Shown one piece after another: positions 52,179 through 64,000 of a stretch of DNA of 64,000 nt. Source of the DNA: Eledone cirrhosa (taxonomy: Eukaryota); contig OZ024743.1 of the NCBI GenBank assembly GCA_964016885.1, positions 160,580,001 to 160,644,000 of the forward strand, read 5' to 3'. The position numbers were made by a program, and so were the translations under genes. The notes beneath the pieces are model-generated. The model made no database searches. It was not told where the DNA came from and saw only the letters and a program-made list of their open reading frames with translations. How positions within the stretch are numbered: the first letter of the stretch is position 1; each line of letters starts with the position of its first letter.

Positions 52179-52216
<38 letters not shown>

Positions 52217-52480
52217 TTATTATTACATTCAAAATAAAGGATGTCATGAATGATACAAAATCACACATATGTCTTGTCTCAAGAAACACGTCAAGATAGA
52301 ATTCAGAGATTCAAATCGACCCTTAATCATTATAAAAAAGTGAATGAAATATATCCATACACACATAATTGTGCATTAAGATACATGAAAACTTAAAACT
52401 AGAGACAATCTGTACCGAATGTAAGATTAAATAATTCGTTGAGTATTCTACTAAATTTAATAAAGAATTAAAACAAAATA

Positions 52481-52585
52481 CCCGATAACGATCAATATGT
52501 TTCCCTCATGTATATTCTCCAAAAAATCAGAATACATTTCACCAAATAACGGCGAAATTAGATATTTTGAAACGGATCATCAGGG
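52481..52585 (-). ncRNA. Possible degenerate hammerhead with a branched stem II
   Basis: Reverse complement CC CTGATGA TCC...[TTTCGCC/GGTGAAA][TGTATTCT/AGAATATACA]...GAGG GAAA CATATTG...TC GGG. Stem III pairing is poor. It lies inside inverted arms at about 52330-52470 and 52760-52880. Confidence 0.4.
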
Positions 52586-52904
52586 AGGGGATTTCAAAAG
52601 CTTGAATGTGACTAAACGCACATGGTATCAATATATGACTTTAGCACACGCAACGGCATGAAAGGGTTCACGTCTACTAGAAATAGCAGTCCAACCTCTT
52701 GACATATTGAACAGCTCACCAAATAAGGAACAGAAATATTATTGTTTTAATTTTATATTAGATTTAATAGAATAATCAACGAATTATGTAATCTTATATT
52801 CAGTACAGATTGTCTCTAGTTTTACGTTTTGATATATTTGAATGCACACTTATGTGTGTATGGATATATTTCATTCCCTTTTTTACATATATATATATAT
52901 ATAT

Positions 52905-52990
52905 ATTTGGGGAGGGTCATATTGTTGTAATAATATTGCCAGAAATAATAGCAGAACACACTCATTGTTTGGTTGGTTTTCGCTTCTGCA
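52905..52990 (-). mobile_element. pLTR end fragment related to the 14381-20117 family
   Basis: TTGGGGAGGGTCATATT...ATTGCCAGAA.TAATA.CAGAACA.ACTCA.TGTTTGGTTGGTTTTCGCTTC matches 14413-14485. Confidence 0.8.
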
Positions 52991-53027
52991 CCTTTTATAT
53001 CTCCATACATATATGTATATATATGTA

Positions 53028-53216
<189 letters not shown>

Positions 53217-53371
53217 TATATATACATATATGTATGTAAAAGATAAACAGAAATAACAACACAATAGGTACAGTATATGGAAGGTATATATTAGGTTAAC
53301 GCTTGAAAATAGATTGAGGGGATGGAATTGGAAAAGATAACAGGTCCATTCATGTTGTATATATATTATAT

Positions 53372-53600
<229 letters not shown>

Positions 53601-53721
53601 ATTTTACATGTTTGACTTACTTATTTTACATTAATCAGGAGTAAACAAACCAACCTGCGTACCTCGTCGAGTGGTCCAATCTGCATACTGAGGTGTCGGT
53701 AAACAACCAACATACACTGAA

Positions 53722-53812
<91 letters not shown>

Positions 53813-54382
53813 TTATTTATTTATATATAACTCGAAGACAAGTTTTTCCTAATTCAATTTACTAGGTAATTCACTGTGATATACTTACCATGCAATGACA
53901 TACGTGCATACATACATACATGGTGGCTGCCAACTCGTTTTCGAGTACGACCACTACTTTATATCCATGTAGGAGAGCCCCTAACGATGCGCTGAACGAG
54001 TGTGACATTTTAGTCCAGCCAGCGACTTGAAAACTCTGGTACAAACACTACACTTGTGACAATTATTGACACATAGTGCTGGGCCCATGGTACCATGTGA
54101 CGACAAGTGCAGAGAGATCTCCAGATATAAAGCAATGCCTGTGCCGTGAAGCTGTTATAGTGATCAAAGGCACTGCACAAACCAGTCCCACTCTCTTAAC
54201 CAAGATGATATTTACCAAAAAGAAGAACAAGTCAACATCATTGGATACCATCAGGGTTGCATGTGTTATATCCTTCTCCTAGAATTCTGCCTTGACAAAG
54301 GCTAAGAGGTCATCTCTCTGCATACATACATACATACATACATACATACATACATACATACATACATACATACATACATACA

Positions 54383-54410
<28 letters not shown>

Positions 54411-54413
<3 letters not shown>

Positions 54414-57400
54414 CTTCTGAAGACACCTTTTATTCGACTACGTAGAGATATCCGACTAAATACATAATTCATTTTACAAACAGCATGGCTGAACACAACA
54501 TCAACAACAAAATTAAGGAAGTGTCGAAGACAAACAACAGGAAAGGTAAACAAACTTTATTCAGGTGTAGCTACAGAAGAAACCGAAATTATAAATCGCA
54601 TTTCTCTTGGAGTTTCGAATTTAATAATGATTTATTTAATTGTTATAAAATAGCAAAAAACAATCCCTCCATTGGCTATATGAACAGAATGAAGCTACAC
54701 TGGGACGAAATGCACCCAGAGCTAAATTATTTCACAGCGAAACAATTACGCCAACAAGCGACATTTGTTGAACGTAAAAATGAGATAATATTATTAATTG
54801 TAAGTCCCCCACAACAAACATGGGATCAACAACACGTGCTACAGGTGGCCATGCTACTAGATTTCCTAACAGCCAGGTCGAACAGCGCCTTGAAACAACT
54901 ATGCCTGTAAGAAACTTGACACCACCTGTACCATCTAACTCTACCTCGAATGCTAGGGAAAACGCTATCTATAATAATAATAATCAAAGAAATTTGACAC
55001 CACGTGTACCATCCGAGTCTACCTCGACTGTTGTGGAAAATACTATCGATAATGATAATAATCAAAAGTGTAAACAATTGAAAATTTCCCTCAACGAAAT
55101 CTTCCAGAGAGAACTCTTGCTGAACGTATTAAAACGACAATGATTAATAAAAAATCAAATAATGAAATATTAAGTGTTATTGACGAAATAGGGGATGAAT
55201 ATTTACGACGGATTAAAACCCCAACATTTTGGCAAATCAACGTCTGTTTATATGCTTTAGCAACGACAGTGAAGCATTATCTTGGTGATAGCAGAGATAT
55301 TAACAAGAACAGAACACCACCAAAAATACCATCATATATAATTAAAATAGAAAAAAGATTGCTGACCTACGAAAAACCATATGTGAGGTTTTTTGTGTTT
55401 GTTTGCATGTAAATGCAAACAAACACAAAAAACCTCACTCCTCACCAACAAACAGTCAAAAATAAAATAGAGACGATGTTTGGTAACATAGAACCAGAAC
55501 TTTTCAATATAAGCTGATCACCCTCAAACAAGAATTGAGAGCTGTTAGCGAAAAACGCCGATACCTGAAGAAGGTAGATGAGAGAAAATGCTTAATAAAA
55601 GATTCAGACGAAACCAAACATCAGTCTATGGAGATATGAAGAACAAAATAATAAGTGTCACTGAGGCCCCATCCCAGAAAGAAATAGATTCCTTTTGGAG
55701 CAAAATATGGGGTAAAAAGAAGAATTTCAACCAAGATGCAGTGTGGCTAACAGAAATCCGAAAGAACTATTGCTCCTACACTACAACAAAAACAATCGAA
55801 ATAAGTGAGAGTACCCTTGAGACTGTGATAGGAAAACTCCAAGAAGAGAAAACACCAGGAAGAGACATGATTGTCGGCTACTGGTACAAAAACTGATATT
55901 CTATCTGAGGTATCTTACTGAGCTCTACCAACAAGTTCTTAAGGGAGATACACTTATACCAGAATGGTTGACATTAGCACAAACATTACTGGTCCCCAAG
56001 AACAAAGATACCCACTTGGCAAAAAACTACCGACCCATTGCATGCCAGAACCTGATGTATAAGATGTATACAGCCTGCCTCAACCTAATCCTCCAAAATC
56101 ACTGTGAAAATAATAACATCATCATAGATGAACAAGCAGCTGGAAAGAAAGGAGTTTGGGGATGTACTGAACAACTCCTAATCAACAAAACTGCGATGTC
56201 AGAGGTGCGACAACTTAGGAGGAATATGACTACAGTCTGGCTGGACTACAGGAAAGCTTTCGATTCTGTTCCCCACTCTTGGATGATAGAGGCCCTCCAA
56301 CTTGCTAAAGTCCCAGACATTATTGTCAGAGCCATAGAGAGGCTGTCTTCTTCTTGGGCTACTGTCCTAAGGTTACAGACAGAGAGGGAGGACTCTTTTT
56401 TCACTGATAAAATAAAATATCGCAGGGGTATATTTCAGGGAGACAGTCTCTCTGTGATATTATTCATCTTGTCATTAAACCCCTTGTCCTTTCTGCTCAA
56501 GAAATGTGAGGGATACATCATTGGCTCACAGGAGGACAGAAATACGAACCTAACCCATAATTTCTTTGTGGACGATCTGAAACTCTATGCCAAGAACATA
56601 GATGTGATGAGGAAAAATCTTGACCTGGTTACAACGTTCTCAAAGGATATAGGAATGGAGTTTGGCCAAGATAAATGCTCATGCATGACTGTAAAGCGGG
56701 GAAATACAACAACCCAATCTAGCAACATGTCATCAATGGCCTAACTGTTTCACCGATATCTGATGAGGACTGCTACAGATACCTGGGGATAGATGAGAAA
56801 ATATCCTATAATGGTATCTGTAATAAGGAACGCGTAACCTGGGAAAACTACACCCGATTAAGAAAGATTTGGTCATCGGAACTCTCTGCGCAAGACAAAA
56901 CAGTGGTTCACAATGTGTTTGCTGTGCTTGTCCTAACACCAACGTTTGGAATACTCAATTGGACGATAGACGAAATCCGAGCAGTTGATGTTGGAACTCG
57001 AAAAATACTAAACAACACTGAAAACTTCCACATCAACAGTGACATAGACCGCCTTTACTTGAAACGTAAGCAGGGATGCAGAGGGCTAACATCAGTCCAG
57101 ACACCATTTGAATGTCGCATCATATCACTCCGACAATATCTAAGAACCTCGAAGCGTAGGAGCCCGTCTCTCGAGCAAGTCTATCTGCATGAAACAGATA
57201 GGATCATGAGAGTTGGGAAGGAACTCCTTGAGAAATATTCCCTGTGTGAAAATCAAAAACTCACAGCCAGGGAAGTCGCTCAGCAGTATCGCAGTGAATC
57301 CATGGATGAAAAGCTGCATGCTTATCAGCAAAAGATCATGTATGGATATGTTGCCAGGAAGCTCCAGATTGAGAGTAATATAGATAAGGAAAGTAGTCTA

Positions 57401-58303
57401 TCTTGGACCAACAACCGCTATACATACATACATACATACATACATACAAAAGAGATAGGGATAGAGGCAAAACACCCAGATGCGACTGGCAGACACTGCA
57501 GAACTAACATCGAAGATATCACCCATGTCATCAGCAGCTGTCCAAATATGTCATTGCGGTACTATCTACCTATGAGGCATGATGTAGTGGCCAAAACACT
57601 GTACACTTCAGTTCGTAAAAAAGATAGCCCTGATAATAAACACATTAAAAGCTACAGCAATGAGGAAGACATCCACGTACATAATATGAAAGAGTACTTG
57701 TGGAATGTTCCAGTAAAAACCCCAATAAAATGCAGGTATAACAGACCAGATACTATGATATGGGACAGAGAGAAGAACGCATACACAGTAGTGGAAGTTA
57801 GCTGCCCAGCAGATGCCAATATAATATCAAAGATTAGCGAAAAGGAGAATATTTATGCAGAACTGATAGGAAAACTGCAGATACTCCACCCTGATTACAC
57901 CTTCAGATTTATGCCTGTAATTATTGGGGCACTGGGGCATGATAGTAACTGCCTCAATACAAATCTTGAGAAGCTGGGCTTCACAGGAACAGAAAGAACA
58001 CAACTAGTTAGGAAATTACAAGTACAATCCATTAATGGAACAGTAAAAATATGTAAAACATTCCAAAGATTTTGCATCTAATAACTGCATATACACATGT
58101 ACAGATACAAAGCATATACACATGCACACATACAACTCAAAACATACACATCCACACATACAATAACATCCATATCTACACATGCATGCATAATCTACCT
58201 AGTTGATGTTGTGTAAATTCCAATGAGAGAGTCTTGTGTCTATGTTAGAAATCGACTCTCTCTCTATTGGGAAAAAATGTGTGAAATTATAAAACCAGAA
58301 GAA
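54411..58303 (+). mobile_element. Near full-length degenerate R4/Dong-like non-LTR retrotransposon (RT plus restriction-like endonuclease); the 5' end may extend to about 53921
   Basis: KTPGRD, NYRPIAC, WLDYRKAFDSVPH, GIFQGDSLS, FVDDLKLY, LYLKRKQGCRGL, HC..E...HVISSC..RHD, NRPD...EVSCP, K...Y..L and PVIIGALG. Many frameshifts, with (CATA)n on both flanks. Confidence 0.88.
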
Positions 58304-58898
58304 CATACATACATATGTAAGTAGGTACGTACGTACACAGTAGCAGTGTTGTCGGTGTTGCTGTGAAAATAGACCACTGGCTAGTTGGTAAATGTATTGA
58401 AAAAAGGAATTATGCTGAGTCTGCATTGTTTAGAAACAACGTAAATATCCTTTGTAGTAGAAATGAAATTTGTGGAATTCTCGCTTCCGGCAGAACTTAA
58501 GCAAATCAACTTTGCTTGGAAGACCTCGAGAGAGGTAATGTCATGTTATTTGCTCAAAGAAAAGTTTGGCTGGTTTTAATCGTCATAACAAGATGTTGTG
58601 GGAGACACGATGTTGAAAGAACGCGACAAGCGTCACGGGATAGGAAAGGAGATGAGTTGCTGTAAAAACAGGCAACTTAATAAAAATAAAAGAGGATGGG
58701 AGCCGTGTACAACACAAGTGATATTGTAATATTAGCAACAAGCAAAATCTTCTATGGTCATCGGACGTCGTCAAAGAACGTTCACAGTTTCGGCCACTAC
58801 CCATGGTTATATTTTCAAGATAGATAGATAGATAGATAAATAGATAATTTGAAATATTAGCCTCCAGAATCTAAACAGTTATAAATAATTATCCCAGT

Positions 58899-60069
58899 TT
58901 ATTATTGGTACTTTATTTTACCAACCCCGTAAGGATGAAAGGCAAAGTTAACTTCGGCGGGATTTGAACTCAGACCGTAAAGAGGTGTAACTCTATGCTG
59001 CAAAACATGGCGTCCGACCCTCTACCAATACTCTTAGTTGTACTTTCACCGATCTATTCAACTTAGACAGAAAATTGTTGAGAGCCAAGTATCTTGCGTC
59101 GTACACGCTTCACCATTACACCAAAGTCCCCCCTGTCACTAACTACTGCTTTTTAAAGACTGAAGCGTGAAACTAGAAGTGTAAACAATACTTAATTGAC
59201 TTACGAAGCTTTGAAAAATTTGAAATCTGAAAATATGTTATCAACATACAGATAGGTGTAACAATAGTTCAATAAATCGATATTCCCCAAGCACCCCTTT
59301 TCACTATTTTCCGACTCCATGGGTACCCAATTTATACAACTCTTATTTATACTTATCAACTATTATTATAATTATCTTTGCGGTGGATTGGCAGTATCGG
59401 TAGAGGGTCGGACGCCATGCTTTCCAGCATAGTTACGTCCCTTTACAATCTGAGTTCAAATCTTGCCGAGGTTGACTTTGCCTTTCATCCTTACGGGGTC
59501 GATAAAATAAAGTACCAGTAATGAATTGGGTAATTGCTGGCCTTGTGCCTAAAGTAGAAACAATTATAATTATCTTTGCCTTTCATCCTTACGTGGTCGA
59601 TAAAATAAAGCACCAGTCACGCACTGGGTCGATTTAATCGACTTTCCCCTCCCCACAAAATTGCTGGCCTTGTGTCTATATAAGAAACAATTATAATTAT
59701 CTTTGCTTTTCATCCTTACGGGGTCGATAAAATAAAGTACCAGTAATGTACTGGTTAATTGTTGGCCTTGTGCCAAAGGTAGAAACAATTATAATTATCT
59801 GTATTGTAACAACTATATATTCACATTTCAAATTATTATACTATTATATATTATTGAATTATATCTCTCAGCCTGAATGACTTTCGTAAGAAAACATTTT
59901 GCTAAATACTTTGCGTGAAATAATATTTTCGTTATATTTGCGAGGTATTTATTTCTCTAGATAACATCTATTTGTAACATGGCAAAATAATTTAATCGTC
60001 TTCACTCAGACTAAATATCTTTACTAATATACATCACAATAACACTGACCGCACACATATAGTGGCTCA

Positions 60070-60159
<90 letters not shown>

Positions 60160-60657
60160 TGTCGAGGAGAAACATAAAGACATAAAAGTTTGTGGGAGTA
60201 GCATCATAGAAAGACACACACACCTGCAAGCACACTTGTTCTACATGCTTGTACTACATACTAACTACAGAAATGAAAGATAGAACAAGATCAAAAGAAC
60301 GGAGACTCCAAGAAGCAGGAATAGTCATTGAGAAGATTACAATGTTTGACGAAAAAGATTTGACAATATAAATAATGGTTTCTTATATAGGCACAAGGCC
60401 AGCAATTTTGGGGGAGGAGAAAGTCTATTAAATCGACCCAGTGCGTGACTGGTACTTTATTTTATATATAATTGTTTCTACTTTAGGCACAAAGCCAGCA
60501 ATTTCCCAGTACATTACTGGTACTTTATGTTATCGACCCCGTAAGGATGAAAGGCAAAGATAACCTCGGTGGGATTTGAACTCAGACTGTAAAGGGACGT
60601 AATTATGCTAGAAAGCGTGGCGTCCAACCCTCTACCGATACTGCAAATTCACCGCCC
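58899..60657. mobile_element. Cluster of Nin-like SINE copies: 58899-59032 (-), 59379-59570 (+) followed by two tandem 3'-half copies to 59800, 60375-60460 (-), 60470-60657 (-)
   Basis: GGCAGTATCGGTAGAGGG, GAGTTCAAATC and CCTTTCATCCTTACGGGGTCGATAAAATAAAGTACCAG recur. Confidence 0.85.
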
Positions 60658-60846
60658 TTATTTTATATATAATATCATCAGATAACCATCTGGGTATTAA
60701 ACCTACCAAGGAATGGATTAAGTCTTTAACTAATAATAAAACAGAAGTGAATCTCAACTGACACGTGTGTTTTTATTGACAGCATGACGCTCGCAAAGTG
60801 TATAAATATATATATATGTGTGTGTGTGTATGTGTGTGTATATGTG

Positions 60847-60944
<98 letters not shown>

Positions 60945-62016
60945 TATACATTTTAAGAAATGGTGAAGTTTACATGAATTTAGGTTTTTATTGTGTATTA
61001 ATCTGTTACGCGCGAATCGCAGAGAATTTGCTCAGAGTCACCAATAGAAGTAATGGACCCGACTCTATTATTGATCTGCTCTTCAACAAGAAAAACATTC
61101 TATTTCATCGTTTTTCAAGTGCTCATTTTGGTACCACAATAAGTAATTCATTGAATCACATGTTCTCCCCCATCCCCATCTCTCTCTCGCTCTCTCTTTC
61201 TCTCTCTCTCTGTTTTTTTTTTATTTTGAAAAACCGAAAGCTAAAGCGCTCCACAAATATCCCCCTTACTGCAGTTTCATGAGCAAGAAATATTCTACCC
61301 CTAGGGTAAGATGTGTGTGAAGTTTCTTTTTGAATTAATTTACTGGGGTCTAGCCGTTGGTAAGTCTGTATATTTATTTAAGATATTTCTATATTTACAA
61401 GCTTCTCTAAATTAGATTCTTAGTAATAATTTTTATATTGCTGACAAATTTGCCACATATGTGATATGGGATAAATATATGTGTGCGTGTGTGTGTGGGT
61501 TTAAGTATGTTAATTTTCCGTAAGCTGCTGCTACAATGCAAGTTTAATTCTAAAATATTCGAACAAATTGGTTTTAACATATGAGTGTTCCTTTTCTGGA
61601 GTAAAAAATAAGCATGTACTTGTCTTTTGCCCGTCATAATTACAAAATCCTTCAGATTTGTCATGTCAATTAAACATTTTGCTAAGCACTTTACACCAAA
61701 TATTTACGTTCTATTTGCGAGATATTTATTTCTTTAATTACCATATATTCGTACCATGAAAAATAATTGAATCATCCTCTATTTGACCAAATATCGATAT
61801 AATTTTATTTATATACATTAACATGCATGTTTGCGCACACAAACTCATATGCGTTTGGTTGTGTAAATTGGTTGTGGCTATAATTTTTAGTGGTTTTAAC
61901 TGAAAACATTATAATTGTATTTTCAATATAATTTGAATTACCACCTTTGAGCGAAGGAAACTCTACGCAATCGCTCAAAATGATAGAAATGTTAAGCAAA
62001 TCTTTATTTATTATTA

Positions 62017-63085
62017 TGCGGTGAATTGGCAGTATCGGTAGAGGGTTGGACGCCATGCTTTCTAGCATAGTTACGTCCCTTTACAGTCTGAGTTCAAATC
62101 CCGCCGAGGTTAACTTTGCCTTTCATCCTTACGGGGTCGATAACATAAAGTACCAGTAATGTACTGGTGAATTGCTGGCCTTGTGCCAAAAGTACAAACA
62201 ATTATTATTAGTTTCTTCTAGGGTGGTGGATTGGCAGTATCGGTAGAGGGTCGGACGCCATGCTTTGCAGCAAAGAGTTACGGCCCTTTACGATCTGAGT
62301 TCAAATCCCACCGAGGTTCACATAGCCTTTCATCCTCACAAGGTCGATAAAATAAAGTACCAGTCATGCACTGGGGTCGATTTAATCGACTTTCCCCTCC
62401 CCCCAAAATTGGCTGGCCTTCTGCCTATATAAGAAACAATTATTAGTTTCTTCAAGGGCGATGGATTGGCAGTATCGGTAGAGGGTCGGACGCCATGCTT
62501 TGACGCGTGGAGTTACGGCCCTTGCCATTCTGAGTTCAAATCCCGCCGAGGTCAACTTTGCCTTTCATCCTTACGGGGGTCGATAAAATAAAGCACCAGT
62601 AATACACTAGGTAATTGCTGGCCTTGTGCCAAAAGTAGAAACAATTATTAGTTTATTCGAGGGTAGTGGATTGGCAGTAGGCAGTATCGATAGAGAGTTG
62701 GACACCATGCTTTGCAGCATAGAGTTAGGGCGCTTTATGAGAGTTAGGCCATTCTGAGTTCAAATCCTGCCGAGGTTAACTTTGCCTTATGGGGTTGATA
62801 AAATAAAAAAAACTGGGATCGATTTAATCGACTTTCTCCTCCCCACAAATTACTGGCCTTGTGCCAATACTAGAAATCATTATTTTCTTATTATTACGGT
62901 GAAGTGGCAGTATCGGTAGAGGGTTGGATGCCATGCTTTCTAGCATAGTTACGTCCCTTTACAGTCTGAGTTCAAATCCCGCCGAGGTTAACTTTGCCTT
63001 TCATCCTTACGGGGTCGATAAAATAAAGTACCAGTAATGTACTGGGTATTTGCTGTGGCCTTGTGCCTAAAGTAGAAACAATTAT
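62017..63085 (+). mobile_element. Head-to-tail array of five full Nin-like SINE copies (starts about 62017, 62220, 62455, 62660, 62897)
   Basis: Each unit has TGGCAGTATCG.TAGAG, B-box GAGTTCAAATCC, the Nin-like domain, and usually a tail ending AGAAACAATTATT. Confidence 0.9.
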
Positions 63086-63101
63086 TTTCTTATTATTACA
63101 T

Positions 63102-63245
63102 CTCCGTCGGCGAAGCCCTGATTAACTATTTCAGGTTTCAGAGGAAAGTCAGAGTGGAGAGGGAAGTGCTGCATTCCAAGCAGTTTGTTGAAAGGTGGGT
63201 GAGAGAGGTGAGCATTGCCCAAATCAATGGGCTTGCTCTGAGTAA
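63102..63245 (+). mobile_element. Short C-terminal ORF2 fragment of the Tx1/L1-like family
   Basis: GEALINYFRFQRKVRVEREVLHSKQFVERW resembles ALINFFKFRLERKIRVVREMLLPEHFKK at about 2290-2380 (minus). Confidence 0.6.
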
Positions 63246-63316
63246 GCGTCAGCAGATTGGTGGCGGAAAATTGGGAGAGGGTACTTGCACACACACGCAC
63301 ACACACACACACACTG

Positions 63317-63367
<51 letters not shown>

Positions 63368-64000
63368 TATCTAAAGTAGCACACAGAAGTTGTAATTGTT
63401 CTGCGGTAACACAAGTCGAATTATCTCAGGCAGTCCTTATACATTCATTGATGCGAGAAATATGTTCTTCACACCAGAGTAAACTCCTTACGATATTAGA
63501 GGGAATCATGACGAATGATGTTTGACAGTATGTATGCTACATAGAGTAGATAACAACAATGACAACGAATATCAAAAGGAAACGATGTACATGTAAGTGT
63601 GTGCGCGTATGTATGCGTGCATATATATTGAGTCTGCATATGGCGCTATAGGAGGTTTTTATACTATATCTATAATGAAGTTCACATATTGACTCAATTT
63701 TAATGTATGTATCTGCTACCGTAAACATTTATTGATATTGGTGCAATATATAGGATAGACAATCATGTAAGCTACTGGTTCATTGCAATCATAAACTCGT
63801 ATGAAATCCTCTCAGATTAGTGTTTTGTTATTTATCTATTGTGCCATTGATCATTTTTACACGCGCACATACTTACATACATATATAAACACGTATACAC
63901 ATGCACACATACATATATAAACACGTATATACATGCACACATACATACTTACGTACGTACGTACGTACACGATTGCGGCAAACTCGTGTTTGAGTATTGC

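Larger units (their letters stand above)
50828..52182. mobile_element. Non-coding ~564-nt HHR-containing unit: one full copy on minus (50828-51391), then head-to-tail partial copies on plus (retrozyme-like or pLTR multimer)
   Basis: The junction TTTTACGTCTTTT|ATATTATTGTTCTGC recurs at about 51690 and 52063. It corresponds to the two ends of the minus-strand copy. Confidence 0.8.

Overview
AT-rich, microsatellite-saturated eukaryotic (animal) DNA. No host gene could be supported. The SINE and repeat content suggests an octopus-like cephalopod, but this is inference. The window is a nest of retroelements: five large Penelope-like elements (PLEs; RT plus C-terminal GIY-YIG) from about four lineages, further PLE fragments, two tandem Tx1/L1-like remnants, a CRE-like endonuclease remnant, a near full-length R4/Dong-like LINE and clustered tRNA-derived SINEs. 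The main hidden signal, invisible in the ORF track, is about 30 type I hammerhead ribozyme (HHR) motifs from about 17 distinct sequence families, found by eye. They include two families with a compensatory U3-A8 core, one family with an unusual CAGUUGA core, and several with long or branched stem II. Many sit in small non-coding fold-back cassettes, and one lies in a ~564-nt head-to-tail monomer that looks like a retrozyme. All RNA structures were paired by hand. None were folded computationally or tested, and element boundaries are approximate.
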